Shown here: piece by piece, positions 41,365 to 50,264 of the stretch | Layout: every line of letters starts with the position of its first letter | How positions within the stretch are numbered: the first letter of the stretch is position 1 | Assembly (NCBI GenBank): GCA_902550805.1 | Contig: CACDAL010000003.1 | Location: 8,929-72,928, forward strand | Reading direction: 5' to 3' | DNA length: 64,000 nucleotides | Source of the DNA: an uncultured Pelagibacteraceae bacterium | GTDB taxonomy: Bacteria; Pseudomonadota; Alphaproteobacteria; Pelagibacterales; Pelagibacteraceae | Position numbers and translations under genes: made by a program | Notes under the pieces: model-generated | What the model saw: only the letters and a program-made list of their open reading frames with translations | Databases searched by the model: none | Told to the model about the DNA's origin: nothing

Positions 41365-42333
41365 TTATTTTTTGGTAGCTAATTCCTTATATATATTGTT
41401 AACTCTGTGCACTTCACCTGCTGTGTTAAAATAACCTTCGTATTCTATTTCTTCAGGCGTTACATCAAAATGATAATGGCCAGCAATATTATCTTTTGTG
41501 TAGGAATGAAAATGAGTGTGCTCACCAGACTCTCTTAAGTTAAGATCACCTCCAGAAGGGTCACCTGTCCAAAGTATACTATAACCTTGCAATTCTGGTC
41601 CCACAGGTTCATAAAATTGTAAAAAATCTTTTACACACTTCATTTGTCTAGGATCGTAGTATTCATGCTTAATATCAGCGTAATCAGGTTGAACATGAGA
41701 TCTAATTTTTCCATTTAAAATTCTAAAAACACCAGCCAAAGCAATGTGGTTATTGCCTTTAATTTGTAAATTATCAGACAAAGCTTTCCTCATTGCTTGT
41801 GATAAAGAACCCTGCTCACCAGATCTTCCTTTTATCTTAATTTTAATAACTTTTCCTTTAACTCCATCAGTGTAATAAACATTGCCTAAGCCACCATGTT
41901 TCCTTGCTGTATATTTTTCAGCAATACACTCTTTATTTAATCCAACTCGGGCTATAATTGATTTTGATTCAGAGGTAATTAAATTTTCATTAATCACTAA
42001 TTCTCCACAATGATCGTCCAAGCATGACATTGCGCCTGAGCCAGCGCCTAAAGCATAACTTTTTTCTGAACCAATCATTTTAGAGATCTCTTCATAATCA
42101 AATTCAGCTCCAATAAATCTTGGATCATGCATATAGGGCTCGCCTCCAACATCTATAATCTTTTGATTTCCACTAATACCTTCTGATGGACAATCCCACT
42201 CTCTTAAATTTGGACATTCAACAACTGATACTTCAACTGCTTTATAATTTTGTGACAAGCCTAATTGTAATGCTTCAGAAATTTTTTCTAATGGATATTC
42301 TGTAAATTTTGCTTTTTCTATTTCCAATTGCAT
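41365..42333 (-). CDS. DUF1907 / C11orf54 (PTD012)-like Zn protein
   Basis: VSVVECPNL, DVGGEPY, GAGSG, AGVFRILNGK..SH, and C-terminal EHTHFHS...AGHYHFDVTPEEIEYEGYF, matching recalled human HTHFFS...GGHYHYDTTPDIVEYLGYF. Confidence 0.85.
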   Translation of the reverse strand: MQLEIEKAKFTEYPLEKISEALQLGLSQNYKAVEVSVVECPNLREWDCPSEGISGNQKIIDVGGEPYMHDPRFIGAEFDYEEISKMIGSEKSYALGAGSGAMSCLDDHCGELVINENLITSESKSIIARVGLNKECIAEKYTARKHGGLGNVYYTDGVKGKVIKIKIKGRSGEQGSLSQAMRKALSDNLQIKGNNHIALAGVFRILNGKIRSHVQPDYADIKHEYYDPRQMKCVKDFLQFYEPVGPELQGYSILWTGDPSGGDLNLRESGEHTHFHSYTKDNIAGHYHFDVTPEEIEYEGYFNTAGEVHRVNNIYKELATKK

Positions 42334-42421
42334 TACTATATTAAGCTATATTTTATTTTGCATGATGTCTATAGATAATATATATAATATCTATACATAA
42401 ATTAATTTTAAAAAGGCTTTA

Positions 42422-43366
42422 ATGATAAATAAAGATTTGAAAGTTGCGGTCTTAGGTGCAGGTGCTATGGGCTGTTTATTTGGAGGTTTGCTAGCTGAAA
42501 AAGGTTTGAATGTTATTTTAATTGATGTTTGGAAAGAACACGTAGAGTCAATTAATAAAAATGGCTTAAAGATGGATGGTCATGGAGGAGATCGATTTAT
42601 AAAAGTCAAAGCAACGAATGAACCTTCAAAATTAGATATTGTTGATGCTGTCATTGTAATGTGCAAAGCTACAGCTCTGGAGCCTGCTCTAAAAAGTATA
42701 AAAAATATTATTGGAGAAAAAACATCTTTTATGTCTTTTCAAAATGGAATTGGTCATGAAGCAATTATGCAAAAAATTGTTGGTAAGGAAAAAGTATTAG
42801 GAGGAACGACAACTCAAGCATCAAATATTTTAGGACCAGGTCATATTAAAAATCATGCTGCTTTACCCTCTTGGATAGGAGAATACGATGGTGGAGTTAG
42901 TGAAAGAGTAAACACAATTGCAGAAACATTTTCAGCACATGGTCTTGAGATGATTGCGGCTGAAGATGTTAAAAAAAGAAAATGGATGAAGTTATTTGCT
43001 CTTACTGCAATTGGCCCTTTATCTGCAATTTTTGATCTAAATCATACAGAGCTTTATATTGATAACAAAAATCAATCTATCTCTAGATCTTTAGGCAAAG
43101 AAATAATTCTAGAAACTAGAAAAGTGGCTTTAGCTGAAGGAATAGAGGTTTCCGAAGATGAATGTCTATTCATGTTTAATAAAATAGTAGATTCTAAACA
43201 AACTAATAAATCATCAATGGCATTTGATGTCCTATATAAAAGAAAAACAGAGATTGATTTTATTAGTGGTGAAGTGTCTAGACTTGCTAAAAAACATGGA
43301 ATTCCAACCCCTTTGAATGATCTAATGTATAAAATGATTAAAGTTAAAGAAGGTATGTATAGTTAA
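42422..43366 (+). CDS. Ketopantoate reductase (PanE/ApbA)-like 2-keto-acid reductase
   Basis: GAGAMG, CKA, FQNG, W.KL, SSM..D, TEID.I.G. Confidence 0.85.
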   Translation: MINKDLKVAVLGAGAMGCLFGGLLAEKGLNVILIDVWKEHVESINKNGLKMDGHGGDRFIKVKATNEPSKLDIVDAVIVMCKATALEPALKSIKNIIGEKTSFMSFQNGIGHEAIMQKIVGKEKVLGGTTTQASNILGPGHIKNHAALPSWIGEYDGGVSERVNTIAETFSAHGLEMIAAEDVKKRKWMKLFALTAIGPLSAIFDLNHTELYIDNKNQSISRSLGKEIILETRKVALAEGIEVSEDECLFMFNKIVDSKQTNKSSMAFDVLYKRKTEIDFISGEVSRLAKKHGIPTPLNDLMYKMIKVKEGMYS

Positions 43367-44233
43367 ATGATAAATATAGGAAAATTAGAAAAAATTAAAA
43401 GTAATTTTCCTGTTTTAATTGCTGAAAAAGCTATTCCTAAAAATATCTGTAAAAAGTTAATCTCTGAAATAAGTTCATCTAAATCTTTTGATGATATAAT
43501 AATGGGAGGAAGAAGTAGAATAAACAAGGGATCAAAAAATTTTAAAGTTTATTTAAAAAATTCAAAATATTCTTCAAAATTATTTAGAAAATTTAATAGT
43601 AAAAAATTTTTCAAAAAATTAGAAAAAATATTTAAATCTAAATTCAAAGAAAATACATGGACAAATCTCTATAATCCCAAATCATTTAATCAAAAAAAAT
43701 TTACACTTAAAAGAAAGGTTAATTCAAAAGAGCTTACAAAATTATTAGGGAATAATTATAATAATCCAATACTTAATTTGGATATAGATTTTTCTGTTTC
43801 AAAAGGTGGATATCGATTAAGACCTCATAGAGATGATGTTAATAGATTATACAATTTTTTAATATATCTTACAGATATTCCTAAAAAAAATGGAGGATCT
43901 CTTACTTTATATAAAAAAAAAACAAAAATAAATTTAAGAAAAAGTTTTAGAAGATTTCCAAAAATTAATGAATTAAATATTGTTAAAGAATTTACCCCTA
44001 AACAAGGAACGGTTATCTTTTTTAAGTCAACACCAAACTCTTATCATGGAGTAAAAAGATTTAAAGAATATAACTGTCCAAAAAGATTTTTTATATATGG
44101 AAGTTATGCTTTGAACAAACCTGTTATTTGGTCATTTAAAAATAATAAATATTTCCCAACAATTGTTCCAAATAACAAAAGAATGCTTACCTCTTTTCAT
44201 GATTCAAATTATCTGCTAAAAAATACATCATAA
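43367..44233 (+). CDS. 2OG-Fe(II) oxygenase (prolyl-hydroxylase-like fold)
   Basis: PHRD, FLIYL, GGSL.LY, SYHGV, R.FIY. Confidence 0.8.
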   Translation: MINIGKLEKIKSNFPVLIAEKAIPKNICKKLISEISSSKSFDDIIMGGRSRINKGSKNFKVYLKNSKYSSKLFRKFNSKKFFKKLEKIFKSKFKENTWTNLYNPKSFNQKKFTLKRKVNSKELTKLLGNNYNNPILNLDIDFSVSKGGYRLRPHRDDVNRLYNFLIYLTDIPKKNGGSLTLYKKKTKINLRKSFRRFPKINELNIVKEFTPKQGTVIFFKSTPNSYHGVKRFKEYNCPKRFFIYGSYALNKPVIWSFKNNKYFPTIVPNNKRMLTSFHDSNYLLKNTS

Positions 44234-44234
44234 T

Positions 44235-45230
44235 ATGAAAGTTAAATCAAAATTAAAAAAATTATTAGAAAGAAATGGCTATGTAAGAGTAAGAAACGTC
44301 TTAAATTTTACTAAAGATTTAAAACCTATTTTAAACGATATGGATTTTGTGATGGATTGTCTAATTAGAAAGTACGCTCCTAAAACCAAAAAAAATAATA
44401 CTTTAAAATATGATTTTAAAAAAAAATATACCTTTGTATCCAAATTAAATATTTATGATTTAGATCAGTATTTTAATACTAGATTACCTAGAGATCATGT
44501 AAAAAAAGATAGTGACTACTTTGCTTCAAATTCTCTTTGGAATCTTATTACTCATAAAAAAATTTTAGACGTAGTTGAAAAAGTCTTAGGTACTGAAATT
44601 CTATGTAGCCCAGTTCAAAATACTAGAATTAAACAACCTGAAAAAAAATTACCAAAAGGATCAGTCTATGATGGTTTAAGTGGCAGAACACCTTGGCATC
44701 AAGATGCTGCAGTTTTATCAACTCACGGACAAAAATTTTGTGACATGGTAACTGTTTGGATACCCTTTACTAAAACAACTAGGAAAAATGGTTGCATGGT
44801 TACAGTTAAAGAAATTAATAAAATGGGGTTATTAAATCATATTTCTGGTTACAGAGGTCAAGTAGAAGTTAAAAACAGCAAGCTCTTAGATAAATTTAAG
44901 CCAATTTACTTAGAAGCAAATATTGGGGACGTAATTCTTTTACATAAACATTCGATACATTGTTCACTTGCGAATAGATCAAATGATTTTAGAATAAGCG
45001 CAGATTTAAGATATAATAGAGCTGGAACACCTTCTGGTCGTAAACCTCTGCCAAATTTTTATGTTAGAAGTAAAAATAAAAATAATATTACTACTCTAAA
45101 TTATAAACAATGGATTGCGCTCTGGGAAGAAGCAAAGAACAAATGTATTCCAAGAAAATTTGCATTCAAGTATCCTTTGCCTACTTTTAAACACAACAAA
45201 AGAGATTTGAAGAATCTGTTAAATAATTAA
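44235..45230 (+). CDS. Phytanoyl-CoA dioxygenase (PhyH) family protein
   Basis: TPWHQD, TVWIP, NGC, GDVILLH...H.S..N, RIS.DLRY. Confidence 0.85.
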   Translation: MKVKSKLKKLLERNGYVRVRNVLNFTKDLKPILNDMDFVMDCLIRKYAPKTKKNNTLKYDFKKKYTFVSKLNIYDLDQYFNTRLPRDHVKKDSDYFASNSLWNLITHKKILDVVEKVLGTEILCSPVQNTRIKQPEKKLPKGSVYDGLSGRTPWHQDAAVLSTHGQKFCDMVTVWIPFTKTTRKNGCMVTVKEINKMGLLNHISGYRGQVEVKNSKLLDKFKPIYLEANIGDVILLHKHSIHCSLANRSNDFRISADLRYNRAGTPSGRKPLPNFYVRSKNKNNITTLNYKQWIALWEEAKNKCIPRKFAFKYPLPTFKHNKRDLKNLLNN

Positions 45231-45255
45231 ATTTAAAATTTAATAAAAAAATAAA

Positions 45256-46179
45256 ATGACAAATATTTTAATAACTGAATTTATGAATGAAGAGAGCGTT
45301 AAAACTCTAAAAAAAAATTTTAATGTAAAATATGATAAAAATTTATTTCAGAACGAAAAAAAAATAAAAGAAGAAATTTCAAATTTTGAAGCAATAATTG
45401 TTAGAAATAAAACTCAGTTACAAAAAACTGTTTTAGATGAAGCTATAAAATTAAAATTTGTTGGTCGTTTAGGAGTAGGTTTAGATAATATTGATAAAGA
45501 ATATTGTGATAAAAAAAATATTCATATCCAAATAGCATCGGGTATAAATGCTGACTCTGTTGCTGAGTATGTAATGGGCTCATCTCTACATTTAATTAAA
45601 AATATAACTTTATTTAATTACGAGACTAAAAAAGGTATGTGGCCAAGATCATCTTTTAATTCAAGAGAATTGAAAGAAAAAATATTTGGTCTAATTGGCT
45701 TTGGCGCAACAGGAAAAAAAGTATGTAAAATTGCGCAAAGCTTTGGCGCAAAAGTAATAACTTATGATCCTTATGTAGATAAAAAACTCGAAAATGAATT
45801 TAATCTAAAATTTTTGCCTTTCGATGATGTGATTTCTAACTCCGATATTATTTCTATACATGTCCCTTTAAACAATGAAACAAAAAACCTTATAAATACA
45901 AATGCATTTAAAAAAATGTCAAAAAAACCAATATTGATTAATACTTCAAGGGGTTCAATCGTTAATGAAGAGGATTTAATCAATGCTTATAAAAATAAAG
46001 TTATTAGTGGTTTTGCACTTGATGTTTTTGAAAGTGAACCAATAGAAGAAAAATTTTATAGTAAAATTGATGAGACTTTTAATTGCATTATAACTCCACA
46101 TATTTCTGGAGTAACGGAAGAGTCTAATAAAAAAATTAGTGAATTTATAACAAATAAATTAATTAATTTTTTTAATTAA
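45256..46179 (+). CDS. D-2-hydroxyacid dehydrogenase ((S)-sulfolactate dehydrogenase SlcC-like)
   Basis: ILITEFM, IVRNKT, GRLGVGLDNID, SVAEYV, INTSRG, TPHISGVT.ES. Confidence 0.8.
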   Translation: MTNILITEFMNEESVKTLKKNFNVKYDKNLFQNEKKIKEEISNFEAIIVRNKTQLQKTVLDEAIKLKFVGRLGVGLDNIDKEYCDKKNIHIQIASGINADSVAEYVMGSSLHLIKNITLFNYETKKGMWPRSSFNSRELKEKIFGLIGFGATGKKVCKIAQSFGAKVITYDPYVDKKLENEFNLKFLPFDDVISNSDIISIHVPLNNETKNLINTNAFKKMSKKPILINTSRGSIVNEEDLINAYKNKVISGFALDVFESEPIEEKFYSKIDETFNCIITPHISGVTEESNKKISEFITNKLINFFN

Positions 46180-47261
46180 TTAATTAATTCATTTATTTTA
46201 ACAATTCTTTTTTCCTTTATTGATTTTTCTGCAGCTTCTCCGATTGCAACAGAAATCATTCCATCATTTAATGAGACTTCAGGTTTTGATTTATTTTTAA
46301 TAGCATTTAAAAATGCTAAGTGTTGATAATAAGCAGATCCATGATGATGTCCTGCCTGGAGAATTTTTTTATCTACTTTTACAAGTTCTCTTGTAGTTTT
46401 ATTACCTTTCCTCATTCCAATTCTAATATACGAAAATGTTTTTCCTGACTGACTTGAAGGAACAGATGTCTCAATTTTACCTATATCACCAACTGCTACC
46501 AATTCTTCTTGCATATCTGAGTTTTCCGCAAACATACATAGATCCAATAGACCTCTAACTCCATTTTTAAAATTTACTATCACAAAACCATTATCAATAA
46601 TATCTGGCCTTTTATTTTTAAATCTTTCATTAATATGATTAACATCTTGATTACCGCTAGCATAGACGCTTACAGGTTCACTACGGATAATTAAACGCAT
46701 TAAATCAAAAAAATGACAACATTTCTCAACAAATGTTCCACCTGTATTTTTTGAAAACCGATTCCAATTTTTAACTTTTTTTAAAAATGGAAAACGATGT
46801 TCTCTTATTGATAACATTTTTAATTTTCCAATAGTTTTTTTGTGAATTTTATTAATAAATTTATTAACAGGAGGCATGTATCTATATTCCATTGCAGTCC
46901 AAATTAAAGAAGGATAGTTTTTTGATAATTTTTTTAATTTTAAACACTCTTTAGTATTTATAGTCAAAGGTTTTTCAACAAGAATATGTTTTTTTGTTTT
47001 TAAAACATCTTTTAAAATTTTTAAATGTGTAAAGTTCGGTGTAGAAATTATATATACGTCTGCAATATTTTTTTTTATTAAATCTTTATGATTCTTAAAA
47101 TATAAAAATTTTTTTTTAAATTTTTTCTTTATTTTAATTAATGAGTTGTTATGAACATCTGATATTGCAACAACTTCTGCATTTTTTATTAATGAAATAT
47201 TTTGAATATGTTCAAGTCCCATTGTACCAGCGCCTATTATTGCATATCTAATTTTTTTCAT
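46176..47261 (-). CDS. Gfo/Idh/MocA oxidoreductase (inositol dehydrogenase-like)
   Basis: GAGTMG.EH, STPN.TH, EKP, MEYRY, REHRFPFL, VEKCCHFFD. Confidence 0.88.
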   Translation of the reverse strand: MKKIRYAIIGAGTMGLEHIQNISLIKNAEVVAISDVHNNSLIKIKKKFKKKFLYFKNHKDLIKKNIADVYIISTPNFTHLKILKDVLKTKKHILVEKPLTINTKECLKLKKLSKNYPSLIWTAMEYRYMPPVNKFINKIHKKTIGKLKMLSIREHRFPFLKKVKNWNRFSKNTGGTFVEKCCHFFDLMRLIIRSEPVSVYASGNQDVNHINERFKNKRPDIIDNGFVIVNFKNGVRGLLDLCMFAENSDMQEELVAVGDIGKIETSVPSSQSGKTFSYIRIGMRKGNKTTRELVKVDKKILQAGHHHGSAYYQHLAFLNAIKNKSKPEVSLNDGMISVAIGEAAEKSIKEKRIVKINELIN

Positions 47262-47272
47262 ATTAAATTTAT

Positions 47273-48622
47273 TTAATCTATTAGTAACCCGCTGGGAACT
47301 TTATTTGGTTTTCCAAGAGGTCTATTATTACCACTTTTGCCAGTTAAAGATTTTAAAAATTCAACTAAGTAATAAATTTCTTTATCGCTCAATTTTATAG
47401 GTTTTATATCTATACTTGATAAAATTCTTTCTTGTTCTCTTTTATCTGAAAAAATTACAAAATCTATATCCTCTAACCATTTAGCTTTAGGCAAATTAGC
47501 AAGCTTGGGTTTCCAAATCTTATTCATTTCCTTTGGGTTTAAATGATGTTTTATTATTCCTTCAAGCGTTGGGTAAGCGCCATTATGACCATATGGTGCA
47601 GTCAAAGATACATTTCTTAAAGCTGGTGTTTTAAACTTATACATATCATTTAAGTCATCTGTTTCGACCATGCGTCCTACATCACGAGCATATGGATCAA
47701 AACTTCTAGTTCTTCCAGGTCCAAATTGTGGAATTCCTAGCGAGTAAAATTTTTGATTAGTTAACAAAGATCCAGAATGACAAGAACTGCAATTTGCTTT
47801 TCCATAAAACAACTCCATTCCTTTGATTTGATTTGAACTTAAAACATTTTTATCTCCATTTAAATAATCATCAAATGGAGAGTCAAATGAAGTCCATTCA
47901 TGAATTTGAAAGGCAGCAATAGAATTAACAATATGAGTAATCTTAATATCAAAAACGTTATCAATATCGTCAAAAGAATTTTTGAATAATTCGACATATT
48001 CTGGAATTGCTCGAATTCGATTTGTTATTACTGGCCATACTGCATCTATTCTCATACTGTCTTTTCCAACTTTTGAAACTAATCCTATTATTTCATTTTC
48101 GCCTGGATTACCTGCCATTTCAAATTGTCTGGTCAAAGGAAATAAGGCTTGAACTGCAACAATATTATCTAAACCTTTTGGAAGCGCTTCTTGTGCAGGT
48201 GTATTAAAATTATTACCAAATATATTTGACTTAGTCACTCTACCATCATGTAATAAAGTAGTAATTTCTTTAAAGCCTAAATTCCAAAGTGCTAGAGAAT
48301 TTCTAGGAATACGTTTTTTAATTTTATCATCACCTATACCAGCTGTTCTGTTTGGACCTAGTCCTTCACCGCCTTCTCCAATTCCTAGAGAAAGTCCATC
48401 TGAGCCTCCAAACTCATGATTATGACACGTTGCACATGCAATATTACGATTTGCTGATAAAATTTTGTCGTGAAATAAAAGTCTGCCAAGTTTAGCTTTT
48501 TTTATATCTACTTTATGAAAATCATTAATTGATAATGGTTTTGGTATTTCATTTGCATATGTTTTGTTTACTGAGATTAAAAATGGAATTATAAATATTA
48601 GAATTTTTGTATGATTAAATAT
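47273..48622 (-). CDS. Periplasmic diheme cytochrome c peroxidase/MauG-family protein; start uncertain, placed at ATA 48622
   Basis: LG..LFHD..LS, CATCH, PRNS..L.N, HDGR, CSSCH, FKTPALRNV..TAPYGHNG; signal-like KILIFIIPFLISVNKTYA. Confidence 0.8.
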   Translation of the reverse strand: MFNHTKILIFIIPFLISVNKTYANEIPKPLSINDFHKVDIKKAKLGRLLFHDKILSANRNIACATCHNHEFGGSDGLSLGIGEGGEGLGPNRTAGIGDDKIKKRIPRNSLALWNLGFKEITTLLHDGRVTKSNIFGNNFNTPAQEALPKGLDNIVAVQALFPLTRQFEMAGNPGENEIIGLVSKVGKDSMRIDAVWPVITNRIRAIPEYVELFKNSFDDIDNVFDIKITHIVNSIAAFQIHEWTSFDSPFDDYLNGDKNVLSSNQIKGMELFYGKANCSSCHSGSLLTNQKFYSLGIPQFGPGRTRSFDPYARDVGRMVETDDLNDMYKFKTPALRNVSLTAPYGHNGAYPTLEGIIKHHLNPKEMNKIWKPKLANLPKAKWLEDIDFVIFSDKREQERILSSIDIKPIKLSDKEIYYLVEFLKSLTGKSGNNRPLGKPNKVPSGLLID

Positions 48623-49081
48623 TTTTTTATAATTTTGTTTATCCCTTCTATTGTTTTTGCAGAAATTGAAAATGCAAGAGATTTGATGGAAGAAGGTAAG
48701 TTTAAAGAAGCTATGGAAGAATTGCTTCCTGCCGCTAGATCTGGAAATGCAGACGCTGAGGAACTTATTGGCATTATGTATGCTATGGGACTTGGTGTTG
48801 AAAGGGACGATGTTAGAGCTTTTGAATGGTATCTTAGGTCTTCTATGAAAGGTCACCCTGGTGCACAATCTGGTGTAGGTTGGTACTACGAAATTGGCAG
48901 AGGCCTTCCCGCTCCCGATCTTGTTAGAGCTTACACTTGGTATGTTTTGTCTGCAATAGGTGGAGATCCTGACGCTGCTATTTCCCAGGAGGAAGTAGTT
49001 AAGAAAATGACTCCTGAACAAATTGAAAAAGCCCATATTTTAATAAATGATTATAAATCTTGGATTTATCCATTTAGATAA
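48611..49081 (+). CDS. Exported Sel1-repeat protein
   Basis: Signal peptide ending VFA; two Sel1 repeats (GNADAEELIG.MY..GLGV, GHPGAQ..VG..YE.GRG); C-terminal MTPEQI.KA. Confidence 0.88.
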   Translation: MIKYFFIILFIPSIVFAEIENARDLMEEGKFKEAMEELLPAARSGNADAEELIGIMYAMGLGVERDDVRAFEWYLRSSMKGHPGAQSGVGWYYEIGRGLPAPDLVRAYTWYVLSAIGGDPDAAISQEEVVKKMTPEQIEKAHILINDYKSWIYPFR

Positions 49082-49108
49082 TGGGACGGAATATTATCCG
49101 CCCCAAAA
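49082..49108 (-). terminator. GC-rich hairpin between the convergent Sel1 and dctP genes
   Basis: Minus strand GGGGCGGA-TAATAT-TCCGTCCC pairs with one G:U; the plus strand would have an A:C mismatch. Confidence 0.65.
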
Positions 49109-49119
49109 TCATTTATTAA

Positions 49120-50178
49120 TTATAGATCTTTTTTGTAATCTGAAGACGCTCTGTTTTCTGCACGTCCAACTGCACTAGTAAGAGCATTAAAGATTTCTTT
49201 TCCACCCTTAACATTCTCTTGAAACCAATCATAAACAGGTGATGCTGCTTTTTTAAATGCAGCTTTTTGATCAGGAGTTGGAACATATAAACTTCCACCA
49301 CCAGCTACAAAATCTTCGTATGCTTTAATTGATTTTCTTTTTGGTGAAGCAAAAGTAGCTTGCTGCAATGCATAAAACCCATCTGTAATAACTTTTCTCA
49401 AATCTTTAGGCATTGACTCATACTTAGCATTGTTCATCCACCAAAGTGCACCCATATATGCGTGACCATCTAATGTTACATATTTTAGACCTGCATCTGG
49501 AAACTTCATATTCATTATATCAGTAATTCCATTTTTAGAACCTTCAACCACTCCAGTTTGAAATGATGTAAATAGTTCTGGCCAAGGTATAGGTGTTGGT
49601 GACGCACCAAGTGCTTTAACTAATTCTTGAGGTAAATCAGCAACTACTGTTCTAATTTTTAAGCCCTTCATGTCAGATGGGTTTGCAATTTGTCTTTTAG
49701 TATTTGCAAAATTTCTCCATCCACCTGTATTCCCAATAGTCATTAATCTAATCGAATTATTAGAATCTTTAAGAGCCATTTTTCTCATTGTTCTTACAAA
49801 ATCACTTTTTAATACATCTTCAGCAATTCTGTCGTCTGACATTAAGTATGGCAAGTCAAGAACTTGAACATATGGAAATACTCCTGCTGCTCCACCTGAT
49901 GTTGAGATATAAATATCTATACTTCCATCAGATACACCTTGTAGACATTCTGCTCCCTTTGAGCATAATTGAGTTCCTACAAATAATTCAACTGAAATTT
50001 TTCCATTTGATGCTGCTTCAACATAGTTTTTAAAAACTATTGAACCATCATAGTCTTCATCTTGATCATTTGAATTCATTGTCATTCTTAGATTGTAATC
50101 TGCGGCTAATGCAGAAAAAGAAAATCCAACCAAAAACACTAATGAAAAAAATGATTTTATTATTTTGTTAAATAACAT
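49120..50178 (-). CDS. TRAP substrate-binding protein DctP
   Basis: Signal peptide, DLPYL, GLKIRT, PIPWPELFTS.QTGVVEG..N, LDGH.Y. Confidence 0.92.
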   Translation of the reverse strand: MLFNKIIKSFFSLVFLVGFSFSALAADYNLRMTMNSNDQDEDYDGSIVFKNYVEAASNGKISVELFVGTQLCSKGAECLQGVSDGSIDIYISTSGGAAGVFPYVQVLDLPYLMSDDRIAEDVLKSDFVRTMRKMALKDSNNSIRLMTIGNTGGWRNFANTKRQIANPSDMKGLKIRTVVADLPQELVKALGASPTPIPWPELFTSFQTGVVEGSKNGITDIMNMKFPDAGLKYVTLDGHAYMGALWWMNNAKYESMPKDLRKVITDGFYALQQATFASPKRKSIKAYEDFVAGGGSLYVPTPDQKAAFKKAASPVYDWFQENVKGGKEIFNALTSAVGRAENRASSDYKKDL

Positions 50179-50264
50179 TTCCCCTCCATTATGATTTTAA
50201 AAAAAGAAATATAGCTAATAAATTAACAAGAGTCTAATTTGATATAGATCAAAAAGTTAAGAAA

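Noticed and set aside
40101-43366. Canonical pantothenate biosynthesis (panB/panE)
   Set aside because: Catalytic or substrate motifs are altered and no panC/panD is in the window, so gene symbols were withheld.
48623-49036. N-terminal extension of about 140 aa in the 587-aa ORF call
   Set aside because: It is the antisense shadow of the well-supported Sel1 gene and lies before the signal-peptide-like segment; the composition is not protein-like.
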